A DNA stretch of 64,000 bases, from assembly GCA_965224165.1 (NCBI GenBank), contig CBDCYM010000011.1:1522877-1586876 (forward strand), written 5' to 3'. The position numbers were made by a program, and so were the translations under genes. This document shows positions 9,865 through 19,963 of the stretch, piece by piece; the stretch's first letter is position 1, and each line of letters starts with the position of its first letter. The stretch is from Methyloligellaceae bacterium (lineage in GTDB: Bacteria; Pseudomonadota; Alphaproteobacteria; Rhizobiales; CBDCYM01). The notes under the pieces were generated by a model. That model was given only the letters and a program-made list of their open reading frames with translations. It was not told the origin of the DNA and searched no databases.

Positions 9865-11598
9865 ATGTCCGCTGACCGGAGACCAGCACCCCCGAATAAG
9901 AAGGGAAATATGGTTCCTCAGTATGAGAGAGATGTTCCCACGATATCGCTGAAGCTAAGCTCATTAAAAGCCTTTATTGTCTTGGTGCGCCACGCCATTG
10001 AAGAGCGTGTTGTCCCAAATCTCAGAGCCTTCCTAAAAGACCGTCAACCGTTTGTTTGGCTGCTCGCCGTGCTTATTGGCTTTGGCGTTGCCTATTTTGC
10101 AATTGCGTTCCGAAAGCTAATCGGTTTTTGTCAATATTTTTGGCTAGGCATAACATCAGAACGTGTTTATGAAGCCGCCGTCACGCAGGCTTGGTGGGTT
10201 CTTTTATTTGCACCTGCTATCGGGGGGCTTTTGGTTGGTTTGCTTTTACATCATTTCATGCCTGGCCGACGGGCTTATGGCGTTGCAGATGTTATTGAGG
10301 CCCGTGCCATAAAGGGATGTAAAATCCCGGCAAAAACAGGCTTTTGTAGCGCCATCGTTTCCGCAGTTTCTCTCGGCTTTGGTGGAAGTGCAGGCCGCGA
10401 AGGCCCCATGGTGCATTTAGGCGCCATGCTTGCCTCACTCATTGAGGACCTCTTTAATCTGCCCAAGAGTGCACGCCGTACATTACTTGCTTGCGGGGTG
10501 GCTGCTGCTGTATCGGCTTCTTTTAATGCGCCTATTGCCGGTGTGCTATTTGCCCATGAAGTCATTCTCGCTCATTATGCTTTGAGTGCTTTTGTGCCAA
10601 TTGTTATTTCGAGTGTGATTGGGACAGTGATTGCCCGTATTCATTTTGGCGATTTTCCAGCCTTCATTATTCCACAATATCAAATCACGTCTTATTGGGA
10701 GTTTCCGGCATTTGCACTTCTAGGCCTTACTTGCGCCGCTGTAGCGATTATTTTCCAATTCTCTATCATCACAACAGATCGGGTCGCGCGCAATATTCCA
10801 ATGCCTCTTTATATACGGCCAGTGATTGGAGGTTTGATGATTGGGGGCATCGCCGTTTTCTTTCCGCAGATTTTGGGTGTTGGCTATGATTCAACGGATG
10901 CCGCCCTCAAGCAGCAGTTTTCGCTCGAAATTCTTTTTGCACTTCTCTTTGCGAAAACAGCTGCTACCGCCATTACCTTGGCAAGCCGTTTTGGCGGCGG
11001 TGTTTTTTCACCGTCCCTTTACCTTGGCGCCATGACCGGTGGTGCTTATGGCATGATCGCCGCAATGGCGTTCCCTGAAATTGCTTCGAGCCATGGTCTT
11101 TATGCTATTATCGGTATGGGAGCTGTCTCTGCGGCGGTCCTTGGAGCGCCAATTTCGACAACCCTCATTGTCTTTGAGCTAACCGGTGATTATGAGGTAA
11201 CAATCGCGCTGTTGCTTGCGGTCTCCATGTCATCCGGATTTACGCAGGCCATACATGGCATGAGCTTTTTCCATTGGCAGTTGTCAACGCGTGGTCTTTT
11301 CTTACAAGAAGGTCAGCACAAACAAATTTTGCGTTCTCTTTGTGTGCGAGACTTTCTCACCCCCCTGGATCCGGACGAAGAACCTGAACAAATTGATATG
11401 GAAAATGGCGCTCCATGGCTTACACCTGAGGACACGCTTGAAACAACTCTGCGAACTTTCGATAAGTATGGTTGCCATAAAATCACAGTTGTTGATGCTA
11501 AAGATGTCAGCAAAATCATTGGTTGGGCGGATCATTGGGCCGCGCTTGATGCGATGAACAAGGCCCTTATTGAAGTCCATGTGGAAGAGCATCGGTGA
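9865..11598 (+). CDS. ClC family voltage-gated chloride channel / H+-Cl- antiporter with a C-terminal CBS pair
   Basis: Selectivity-filter motifs GSAGREGP and GGVFSPSL, about 10 TM helices, and CBS-like C-terminal domains. Confidence 0.85.
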   Translation: MSADRRPAPPNKKGNMVPQYERDVPTISLKLSSLKAFIVLVRHAIEERVVPNLRAFLKDRQPFVWLLAVLIGFGVAYFAIAFRKLIGFCQYFWLGITSERVYEAAVTQAWWVLLFAPAIGGLLVGLLLHHFMPGRRAYGVADVIEARAIKGCKIPAKTGFCSAIVSAVSLGFGGSAGREGPMVHLGAMLASLIEDLFNLPKSARRTLLACGVAAAVSASFNAPIAGVLFAHEVILAHYALSAFVPIVISSVIGTVIARIHFGDFPAFIIPQYQITSYWEFPAFALLGLTCAAVAIIFQFSIITTDRVARNIPMPLYIRPVIGGLMIGGIAVFFPQILGVGYDSTDAALKQQFSLEILFALLFAKTAATAITLASRFGGGVFSPSLYLGAMTGGAYGMIAAMAFPEIASSHGLYAIIGMGAVSAAVLGAPISTTLIVFELTGDYEVTIALLLAVSMSSGFTQAIHGMSFFHWQLSTRGLFLQEGQHKQILRSLCVRDFLTPLDPDEEPEQIDMENGAPWLTPEDTLETTLRTFDKYGCHKITVVDAKDVSKIIGWADHWAALDAMNKALIEVHVEEHR

Positions 11599-11697
11599 GG
11601 TGAAAGATAGCGCTTTTTGTGTTCTTTTGAGTGCTATACTCCTTATCCATGAAGAAGATTCGTAAAGAGGCGGTTTCTCTACGCAACCGAGTGTGCT

Positions 11698-13992
11698 GTG
11701 TCTGAGCCTGCGGAAAAATTACCATTGTCAGCGCGGGCATCAGCCAGCCCTTCCTATTTGGAGGCGCTGAATGAGGAACAGCGGGCGGCTGTTGAAAGCC
11801 TTGATGGCCCTGTTCTTGTGCTGGCAGGCGCGGGTACGGGTAAAACCCGGGTCTTAACTACACGCATTGCTCATATTCTTGCGACACGGAGTGCGCGCCC
11901 ACATCAGATTCTCGCGGTCACTTTTACCAATAAAGCGGCTCGTGAGATGAAGGAGCGCGTTGGCGAACTCGTTGGCGGGGCGGTCGAGGGGATGCCTTGG
12001 CTGGGTACGTTTCATTCCATCGGTGTCAAAATTTTGCGCCGTCACGCGGAGCTTGTCGATCTAAAATCCGGTTTCACCATTCTCGATTCCGATGATCAGA
12101 TCCGCCTTTTGAAACAACTCATTCAAGCGGAAAATATTGACGAAAAGCGTTGGCCCGCACGTCAGCTTGCTACTTATATCGATGGGTGGAAGAATCGTGG
12201 CCTTGTACCTGAAAAGGTTTCAGGTGAAGATGCTTTTGCTTTCGCAAATGGCCGAGGGGCTGAGCTTTATGCGGCTTATCAATGCCGCCTTAAGGACTTG
12301 AACGCGGCAGATTTCGGAGACCTCCTCCTTGAGTGTCTGAGGCTTTTTCAGAACAACCCCGATATTCTCAACGAATATCATGATAGGTTTGCTTATCTTC
12401 TGGTAGATGAATATCAGGACACCAATGTAGCTCAATATCTGTGGTTGCGGTTGCTTGCCCAAGGGTCAAACAATGTTTGTTGTGTGGGGGATGATGACCA
12501 GTCGATCTATGGATGGCGGGGGGCAGAGGTTGATAACATTCTGCGCTTTGAACAGGACTTTGCTGGCGCCAAGGTCATTCGTCTTGAACGCAATTACCGC
12601 TCAACCGGACATATTCTCGGGGCAGCCGCAGGATTAATTGCTCATAATGAGGGGCGGCTTGGCAAGACATTACGCACGGATGGTGAGGAGGGGGAAAAAG
12701 TTGTTGTTCAGGGAGCATGGGATGACGAAGAGGAAGCCCGGCTTATTGGTGACGATATCGAGCAGTTGCAACGCCAAGAGCATCCTCTAAACGAGATTGC
12801 GATTTTAGTGCGCGCAAGCTTTCAGATGCGTGCATTTGAGGACCGCTTTGTCACCCTTGGCCTCGATTACCGGGTAATCGGTGGCCCGCGTTTTTACGAA
12901 CGCCAAGAAATAAAGGATGCCATTGCCTATCTGGATGTGACGCTTAATCCTGCAAATGATCTGAAATTCGAGCGGATTATCAATACACCAAAGCGTGGCC
13001 TTGGTGATGCAACCCTCAAGCTTGTTCACGGCCATGCCCGTTCACGTGGCGTTCCCTTACTGCAGGCTGCACGCGAGTTAGTTGAAACAGAAGAGTTGAG
13101 ACCTAAAGCTCGGAAATCACTTTCAGATGTTATTGCCATATTTGACAGATGGCGTGCGCAAATTGACGCCATGCCACACACGGAACTCGCGGAGATGATT
13201 TTGGATGAGTCCGGTTACACAGCCATGTGGCAAAACGATAAGAGCCCGCAAGCCCAGTCTCGGCTTGAAAACCTGAAAGAGCTTATCCGTTTCATGGGGG
13301 ATTTTGAAGGTTTGGCGGAATTTCTAGAGCATGTTTCTCTCGTAATGGATACTGAAACAGACGAAGCTACGGATAAGGTCAATCTGATGACACTCCATTC
13401 AGCCAAAGGCCTCGAGTTTACGACGGTATTTTTGCCAGGTTGGGAAGAGGGTGTTCTACCTCATCAGCGCCATTTGGATGAAGCCGGACAAGCCGGTTTG
13501 GAAGAGGAGCGGCGCCTAGCTCATGTGGGTTTAACGCGTGCAAAAAAGCGCGCCAAAATCACGTTTACACAGAACCGACGCATTCATGCGCTTTGGCAGT
13601 CAGCTATTCCATCCAGATTTATTGACGAATTACCGGAAGGGCATGTGGAATTGGCTGAGGGGCAAAGTCAATATGGCGGTTACGGCATAAGCCGTTTTGA
13701 TAAACAAAAAGCTGCTTTCTCGGGAGCCTATGACACCCCCGGTTGGCAACGGGCAAAACGTAACCAGCGCGAAAAGGCAGCTCCTCGTAAAGTAAGTCCT
13801 CCTCTCACGATCGAAGGTGAGATTGTCAGCTCTGACACCGCACAGAATTCAGGCTTCTCGATAGGGGAACGCGTTTTTCATATCAAATTCGGCTATGGTC
13901 ATATCGCACAGATTGACGGTGATAAACTTACTGTCGATTTTGAAAAGGCCGGTCGTAAGAAGGTTGTTTCTTCATTTGTCGAGCGGCATTAA
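11698..13992 (+). CDS. uvrD: ATP-dependent DNA helicase of the UvrD/PcrA/Rep family (GTG start)
   Basis: Walker A GAGTGKT, helicase motifs (VDEYQDTN, TLHSAKGLEF), 764 aa. Confidence 0.88.
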   Translation: MSEPAEKLPLSARASASPSYLEALNEEQRAAVESLDGPVLVLAGAGTGKTRVLTTRIAHILATRSARPHQILAVTFTNKAAREMKERVGELVGGAVEGMPWLGTFHSIGVKILRRHAELVDLKSGFTILDSDDQIRLLKQLIQAENIDEKRWPARQLATYIDGWKNRGLVPEKVSGEDAFAFANGRGAELYAAYQCRLKDLNAADFGDLLLECLRLFQNNPDILNEYHDRFAYLLVDEYQDTNVAQYLWLRLLAQGSNNVCCVGDDDQSIYGWRGAEVDNILRFEQDFAGAKVIRLERNYRSTGHILGAAAGLIAHNEGRLGKTLRTDGEEGEKVVVQGAWDDEEEARLIGDDIEQLQRQEHPLNEIAILVRASFQMRAFEDRFVTLGLDYRVIGGPRFYERQEIKDAIAYLDVTLNPANDLKFERIINTPKRGLGDATLKLVHGHARSRGVPLLQAARELVETEELRPKARKSLSDVIAIFDRWRAQIDAMPHTELAEMILDESGYTAMWQNDKSPQAQSRLENLKELIRFMGDFEGLAEFLEHVSLVMDTETDEATDKVNLMTLHSAKGLEFTTVFLPGWEEGVLPHQRHLDEAGQAGLEEERRLAHVGLTRAKKRAKITFTQNRRIHALWQSAIPSRFIDELPEGHVELAEGQSQYGGYGISRFDKQKAAFSGAYDTPGWQRAKRNQREKAAPRKVSPPLTIEGEIVSSDTAQNSGFSIGERVFHIKFGYGHIAQIDGDKLTVDFEKAGRKKVVSSFVERH

Positions 13993-14030
13993 ATTGGGCT
14001 CAAACTAAATTGAATGATGTGAGAACCAAG

Positions 14031-14372
14031 CTACCAGCCTGGCCTTGTCCTGATTTTGCAAGGCTTGGAGGGTTCTAACGCGTCACAAGAATCGCATTTT
14101 CTCAAATCAATCGGATCTGAAATACAAATTCCCCAGGTCGAGGTCGGCGGAGTCGTGATGATATTTTTGTTGCGGCTGGTAAAGAACAGTCTTCCGGCCA
14201 CGCATCGCCAAGCTTGAATGCATCCTGTATTGATAATATGAGAAAAATTATCTTTTACCCAGTAGCCCTTATATTCTGACACACGCTTCTGCGCATGAGC
14301 ATTTTCAAAATCTGCAATAAAATGCATTGCAAAAAATAAGAAAATAGTTGTGAGGAAGTGACGATGACACAT
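14031..14372 (-). CDS. hypothetical small Cys-rich secreted protein (113 aa), doubtful
   Basis: Signal-peptide-like N-terminus (…FLFFAMHFIADFENAHA), 7 Cys, AT-rich codon usage, sitting in an 890-bp gap. No homology is recognisable. Confidence 0.25.
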   Translation of the reverse strand: MCHRHFLTTIFLFFAMHFIADFENAHAQKRVSEYKGYWVKDNFSHIINTGCIQAWRCVAGRLFFTSRNKNIITTPPTSTWGICISDPIDLRKCDSCDALEPSKPCKIRTRPGW

Positions 14373-14881
14373 GCTATATCATTACTTGAACAAAAATCCC
14401 CATCTACTAGTAATAGCAGAAAATTCTTATTTCAGAAAGAATTCCGTTAGCTGTTTGGATGCGGGTGTAAAATGCCCCATAATCATGTTTTATATTGGAT
14501 AGCATGAGCACTCGAAGGCCAAACCAACAAAAGAGTTCTTGCTCGCGGGCTCACCATCAAACTCCTGCCGAATTTCGCCCTATCCACACCCCTTAATCGA
14601 TCGATTGATTGACGGCAAACGTGAACAGTAAGATTGTGATAGTGCGGTTTGTTAAATTGGAGGTTTCTGTTCTAATAAACATTCCGACGAAATTCTAAAA
14701 ACGCTAACTAACGAAATCTAAGCTGTAGCAAAGTATTTTACTAACCATAAGGATCAAAATCCGGCCACAGGTTCAGTTTAATGGGTAAACGTCATCTCTG
14801 AGACTTGACAAATTTCAACAAGTTCCAGAGCCATACGCGGGTATAAGATTGTTCTTTTGATATTTCTCGGAATTTCTCACA

Positions 14882-16270
14882 ATGAGTCAAACTGCTGCGT
14901 TAGAAACATTACAAGATTCAGACTCGGTTTCAGAAGCGACTGCAAAAGATGTCGCTGCGCCCACGCCTGTGGCTGAGCCTGCTGCAATCTCTACGACAGA
15001 AAAAGAGAAATTCATCCCCGTCACCCGTTTTGCGATTTTGGATAGGCTTGATCGTGAAGAGGTTTGGCGTGAGGGGGAGTATGAGTCGATACGCACGTTT
15101 TTAGCTTATTTCAATGCATGGCGTCATCAAGGCTATAGCGAGCAGTTGTTGAGACTCAAGGAAGCCTACCTTCCGTTCAGTCCGGATCGCGATACCGTCC
15201 GTGTTTTACGATACACCGACAAAGAAATGGCCAAAATGCAAAAGAGGGTCACCAAAGCCATTACTGAGCTTTTGACCCAGGCCAATTATCAAGAAATTAC
15301 ACAAGATGATATCAACGCATATTTTGCAGCAAAATCACCCTACAGTCTTGAGCTGAAAGTGGATTTAAGCGAGTTCGATGAGGTTATAGTTTTTTGCCGT
15401 GGTTCAGATAACATCACACGGTACCAGCGCACGGCTAAATCGCTTTATCTAAAAAAAGAAGCGCTTGAGATCCCTATTTTTCAACGGCTTTTCCTCCTCC
15501 TTAAATTGAAGCCGGAAGAAGAGCGTGTTCGGGAGATTATGAGTGCGAAAAGCGTTAATGAGGTTCGTGCCCGTAGGATCCTTCAGAAGAACAGAAAAAA
15601 TCTGCCTAAGAATGCCTCCCCAAACCATATTTATCTCAAACTTTTTAAACGTATTCATCAATCCGACTTGGAGATGTTGTTTCCGAACACCAAGGTAGCA
15701 TTTAAGCCTTTTGACAAAATAAAATTTGCAGTTACCGCAGGTGGTGGCACGGCCACAAGCATTGTCGGTATCATGACGAAAATATTCGCCGCAACCAATC
15801 CTATCGCTCTTCTGGGAGCACTCGCCGCATTGGGTGGGCTGATCTTCCGCCAGATCATGAGTTTTTTCAACCAACGTGCAAAATATATGATGGTGCTTGC
15901 GCAAAATCTTTACTTTCATAATTTGGCAAACAATCGCGGTGTCCTGACACTACTTGTGGATCGGGCAGAGGAGGAAGACGTAAAAGAAGACCTCCTGCTT
16001 TATGCGTATCTTTCCCAATATAAAGTGCCCAAACAGTGTCTGATGCAGGCGAAAATGGCGATTGAGCAATTTCTCGAAAATGAGTTTAACGTTTCGGTGG
16101 ATTATGACATTGAAGACTCTCTCGGACGGCTTTTGCATGATGGGCTTGTTAGAGAGACGGAAGATGGAGTGCTTACGTCCTTGCGTCCTCCAGAATGTGC
16201 TAAGCATCTTGAGACGCTCTGGAAAGAATGCGTGCAGAAAAAAATAGATGAACAGAACGGAGAAGGATAA
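14882..16270 (+). CDS. conserved hypothetical protein, 462 aa, with a Gly/Ala-rich transmembrane hairpin near residues 285-330 (possibly DUF3754/TMEM143-like)
   Basis: Clean long ORF with good codon usage and a hydrophobic segment AVTAGGGTATSIVGIMTKIFAATNPIALLGALAALGGLIF. Domain assignment is from memory and uncertain. Confidence 0.55.
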   Translation: MSQTAALETLQDSDSVSEATAKDVAAPTPVAEPAAISTTEKEKFIPVTRFAILDRLDREEVWREGEYESIRTFLAYFNAWRHQGYSEQLLRLKEAYLPFSPDRDTVRVLRYTDKEMAKMQKRVTKAITELLTQANYQEITQDDINAYFAAKSPYSLELKVDLSEFDEVIVFCRGSDNITRYQRTAKSLYLKKEALEIPIFQRLFLLLKLKPEEERVREIMSAKSVNEVRARRILQKNRKNLPKNASPNHIYLKLFKRIHQSDLEMLFPNTKVAFKPFDKIKFAVTAGGGTATSIVGIMTKIFAATNPIALLGALAALGGLIFRQIMSFFNQRAKYMMVLAQNLYFHNLANNRGVLTLLVDRAEEEDVKEDLLLYAYLSQYKVPKQCLMQAKMAIEQFLENEFNVSVDYDIEDSLGRLLHDGLVRETEDGVLTSLRPPECAKHLETLWKECVQKKIDEQNGEG

Positions 16271-17159
16271 GGCCTGCACGTTGTTTAAATTAAGTCTCAT
16301 TCTAGAAAGGGATGAGGCTAGAGCTTGGCAAATTGTTGATTTTCTTGAAGAAGTAATGGTGCCTTCAGCATCGGCCATAAGTCTGTTTGAGCAGGCCGAG
16401 AGAGCAATCCAGGTGGAGGCTTATTTTGAGAAAAAACCTGATCCGATAACATTTAGCGCAGATTTGAAAAATGAGTTGGGTTTTGTTATTTCCCCTTCTC
16501 TTATCCGTGTAGAAGCAGTTAAAGACCGAGGTTGGGTCGCAGAATTTGAACGCACGTTATTTCCTGTTCGCTCGGGACGTTTTCTAATTCATGGTAGTCA
16601 TCACCGTCATTGTGTGCTTGCCCTCAGAACCAAAATCGAAATAGATGCCGCCCAAGCATTTGGTACAGCTCATCATGGTACAACACAGGGCTGTCTTTTG
16701 GCTCTTGATAGGCTCATGCATGCGCATTTTTTCGAAACGATTTTAGATATTGGAACCGGAACAGGAGTGTTGGCCATAGCTGCGGCTAAAGCTCTACCAT
16801 CAGCATCGGTCATAGCGACCGATATTGATTCCATTGCTGTCGCTATCGCCCGTGAAAATTGTAAGAAAAACCAAGTCGCATCAAATGTGACCGTCATCAA
16901 AGCTGCAAACCTTCAACATCAGATGCTTCGTGCTTTGCCTCCCCATGACCTGATAATGGCGAATATTTTGGCTAACCCACTTCGCATGCTTGCCCAGGAC
17001 ATCACTAGGAAGCTCAAACGTGGAGGTTTTGCTATTCTTTCAGGCATGCTGGATGAGCAAGCTCGCTGGGTTTTTTCAGCCTATGGTCAGTTTGGTTTTT
17101 CTATGATGAAACGCATTTCATTAGATGGCTGGACAACACTGATCATAAGAAAGCGATAG
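16248..17159 (+). CDS. prmA: ribosomal protein L11 methyltransferase
   Basis: SAM motif ILDIGTGTGVLAIAAA, PrmA-like N-terminal region, about 300 aa. The start overlaps the upstream ORF by 23 nt. Confidence 0.85.
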   Translation: MNRTEKDKACTLFKLSLILERDEARAWQIVDFLEEVMVPSASAISLFEQAERAIQVEAYFEKKPDPITFSADLKNELGFVISPSLIRVEAVKDRGWVAEFERTLFPVRSGRFLIHGSHHRHCVLALRTKIEIDAAQAFGTAHHGTTQGCLLALDRLMHAHFFETILDIGTGTGVLAIAAAKALPSASVIATDIDSIAVAIARENCKKNQVASNVTVIKAANLQHQMLRALPPHDLIMANILANPLRMLAQDITRKLKRGGFAILSGMLDEQARWVFSAYGQFGFSMMKRISLDGWTTLIIRKR

Positions 17160-17166
17160 GTGACTA

Positions 17167-17279
17167 TCTCTAAATACTCCCTTCGGACCATCCACCATCT
17201 ACCATCCCCCGCCACCCGCCATATTCTGCGATAATTAGGCGGGTGCAGGGGATGGTAGATGGTGGATGGTTTTTAGAGG
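17167..17279. repeat. Long palindromic repeat element, copy 1 (family with copies 2 and 3 at 29171-29257 and 59424-59536)
   Basis: Shares the core gccacccgcc-atattctgcgataattag-gcgggtg with the other two copies. Both arms carry the same extra 'atctacc' segment relative to the other copies. The left arm has a tactcccttcgg segment that the right arm lacks. Confidence 0.85.
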
Positions 17280-17627
17280 TATCGAGGTGCCTACCATCCG
17301 TTAATCGACCTTCGTATAAAGGATTTATAGTCGTCGAAAGTAATGCGTTGTATTTTTGCACCCATTCAAATCATATTTGTATGTTGGTGCTCCGCAAGAA
17401 CTTGTCGCCGTCTTAAAATAAAATTAAACCTCTTCATGTAATTTGATTCAAACTTTACTTGACGACTCCTGGGGGGGGAGACATGGAAAATATGACACCG
17501 GGCGAACATAGCGACTATCCTGAGCATCCACTTGACGGACCTATCCCAACGGATTGAGAACCGGATAGTTCAAAATCAGGCGCTGCTGGGAAGCAGTGAT
17601 TGCAAATTGCAATAATAAAAACGGCTG

Positions 17628-19172
17628 TCAGTTTGGCGGTCGTTTTTGCATTAATTTGGAGCGCAACTCCGTCTTTAGAACTTTGCCATAGTTATTTTTT
17701 GGCAATGTTGTTTCTTGAAGATAAGTTTTAGGTCGCTTGAACCGGGCGATGTTTTCCAGGCAAATCCTGTCGAGTGATGAAGGGTCCATATTCCGCCCTG
17801 GCTTCATCACCACAAAGGCGACTACATCCTCTCCCCAGTCAGGGTGAGGGCGTCCGACAACCGATACTTCCAGCACATCCGGGTGAAGTAGAAGAGTTTC
17901 TTCTACTTCTCTCGGATAGATGTTACTGCCTCCTGAAATGATAATGTCTTTCGACCGATCATGCAGAGTGAGGAAACCATCTTCATCGAGTGACCCCATA
18001 TCCCCGGTCCATAACCACCCCTCTCGCAAAGTGTCGGCTGTCGCTGCCGGTTGCCGCCAGTAGCCCGCCATAACAGATGGACCGCGAACCAGAACTTCAC
18101 CAATCTGTCCAGGTGATAATAATCCGCCGTCCGGATTGCCAATCTGAATTTCAACACAGGACTGAGCAATCCCAACGGATGAGAGACGCGCCTCCCAACG
18201 CGGGTGCTTCATGTCTGCATGAATGTTCCGGCTGAGTGCGGTGATTGTCATGGGCGATTCACCCTGACCATAAATCTGGACAAAGCGTTGCCCCATCACG
18301 TTCATAGCTTCTTTTATGTCAGCCAAGTACATTGGCCCACCGCCATAAACAATCGTCTTAATGCCGTCACCATAGGAGCCTTCGTTTAGAGCTTGATCAA
18401 CTAAACGGCGGACCATAGTGGGTGCGAGGAACATCGAAACATTTCTTAGTGAACGCGACAGATTAAGCAGAGTTTGAGGGTTAGAGGAGCTTTGCTCCGG
18501 CACCACGTGACGTGCGCCTTTCAGAACGAACATAAAGTTGTAAAGGCCGGCGCCATGAGACATTGGCGCGGCATAAAGTTTCGCACCATCCCTTTCAACG
18601 GTATCGACATCGGCGAAATAGCTATGGGTCATGGCGGCAAGGTTTGCGTGCGTAATCATTACGCCTTTCGGCCGCCCAGTTGTTCCGGAAGTATAAAATA
18701 GCCATGCCAAATCATTAGGACCTTTCGGACATACCTTGCTTAAAGGGTCTTCATTGTAAAGCGCGGTGAATTCAGAGCGGTCAGTAGAAATAACTTCTCT
18801 GAGTGTCTTACAGTCATCCAACTGGCCATAGAGAGCATCACCTCCATTATCGGATATGAAGGCAAGTGTGGCTTGAGCATCCTGCAAAATCCAAGCGGCT
18901 TCCTTGGGATGGAGTTTTGCATTAATGGGGACAACCGCAGCTCCGGCCCACCAAGCACCGTAAAGAACCTCTAAATATTCCGTACAGTTACTCATAAAAA
19001 GGGCGATGCGGTCTCCTTCGCGGATGCCGTAACTAGTGCGGAAGGTGGCTGCCATGGATGCGGCTCTCAGAGCAAAGTCATTATATGTTGCCTTTAACGT
19101 TTCGCCTGAGAGGAGCGCAGGCGAGTGGGGGGCTATTTTTGCCGTACGCGCCAACCATGTGCACACATTCAT
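17628..19172 (-). CDS. AMP-binding acyl-CoA synthetase / fatty-acid-CoA ligase. The likely start is the internal Met (MNVCTWLARTAK…), while the longest ORF extends to 19247.
   Basis: AMP-binding signature FYTSGTTGRPKGV, about 515 aa, ANL superfamily layout. Confidence 0.8.
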   Translation of the reverse strand: MNVCTWLARTAKIAPHSPALLSGETLKATYNDFALRAASMAATFRTSYGIREGDRIALFMSNCTEYLEVLYGAWWAGAAVVPINAKLHPKEAAWILQDAQATLAFISDNGGDALYGQLDDCKTLREVISTDRSEFTALYNEDPLSKVCPKGPNDLAWLFYTSGTTGRPKGVMITHANLAAMTHSYFADVDTVERDGAKLYAAPMSHGAGLYNFMFVLKGARHVVPEQSSSNPQTLLNLSRSLRNVSMFLAPTMVRRLVDQALNEGSYGDGIKTIVYGGGPMYLADIKEAMNVMGQRFVQIYGQGESPMTITALSRNIHADMKHPRWEARLSSVGIAQSCVEIQIGNPDGGLLSPGQIGEVLVRGPSVMAGYWRQPAATADTLREGWLWTGDMGSLDEDGFLTLHDRSKDIIISGGSNIYPREVEETLLLHPDVLEVSVVGRPHPDWGEDVVAFVVMKPGRNMDPSSLDRICLENIARFKRPKTYLQETTLPKNNYGKVLKTELRSKLMQKRPPN

Positions 19173-19820
19173 GAAACCAGTCCCAGACATCGGAAGAGTA
19201 GAGAGTAGAAACAAAGTTACGACAGAAGGTGTGCCTATGTCGAACATACTATTTATTGTCTTATACCAATGATCTTTGAGTTTGATTCATCGGTATTCCT
19301 AATGGCCAACGGCATATATGATTTTCTCGAGTTGCTGATTGCTGAATGGTTTGTGGGCGGAAATCCGCTTATAAACAAACCACAGGCCGGCCAAATCGGC
19401 ATGTTTATGTGCTGGGCGGGTTTTTCATTTATATGTAGAGAATTCTTATCAGTCGAGCTGTGCAGCGATTGAAAAGTAGCGAAGCTTGTTGCCTCTTAGA
19501 TCACAGACTTTCTGCCTAATGACGAAACATGATAGCTATTATCTCTGGAAAAAAGCTCGACCAGTTGATTACGGCCTTCAGCTCCATTTTGAATCACAAA
19601 ATTTCCCTCTTCGCCAGTAAGCAATTTTGCTGTCAGCAATAATATATCTCTCCCAGGAGGGGCGTGATGAACTTGCAGATCAGGTGAAGAAAGACCTATT
19701 AAGAGAGTGGTCCGGTATGGACCCATGAAATAATGGCGCGCCTCGAGGGAGAAACCTCGAACACAACCCAAGCTATCCCCAAGCACCCGACGTCTACCAA
19801 AATAAAGCACACGAAGTGTG

Positions 19821-19896
19821 TGGCGCCCCCAAGGGGACTCGAACCCCTGTTTCCGGCGTGAGAGGCCGGCGTCCTAGGCCACTAGACGATGGGGGC
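19821..19896 (-). tRNA. tRNA-Glu (anticodon CUC), 76 nt including an encoded CCA
   Basis: Reverse complement is GCCCCCATCGTCTAGTGGCCTAGGACGCCGGCCTCTCACGCCGGAAACAGGGGTTCGAGTCCCCTTGGGGGCGCCA. It has a 7-bp acceptor stem, anticodon stem CCGGC/GCCGG with loop CTCTCAC, and T-loop GGTTCGAGTCC. Confidence 0.88.
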
Positions 19897-19963
19897 TAGT
19901 GGATAGGATGCGATCATAATACCAACAGGTTGAGATCACCAGTGCTTTCATGGACATAAATCT

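Noticed and set aside
15449-15919. 156-aa and 70-aa antisense ORFs inside the 462-aa hypothetical gene
   Set aside because: They are opposite-strand shadow ORFs within a gene that has a clean long frame. Their translations are Cys/His-rich low-complexity.
17170-17361. 63-aa ORF on the - strand after prmA
   Set aside because: It is composed of the palindromic repeat element (copy 1). The translation is Pro/Trp/Gly-rich repeat-derived sequence.
19496-19810. 104-aa ORF between the acyl-CoA synthetase and tRNA-Glu
   Set aside because: It has no start context or RBS and an atypical composition, and it abuts the tRNA gene. It is probably a non-coding spacer.
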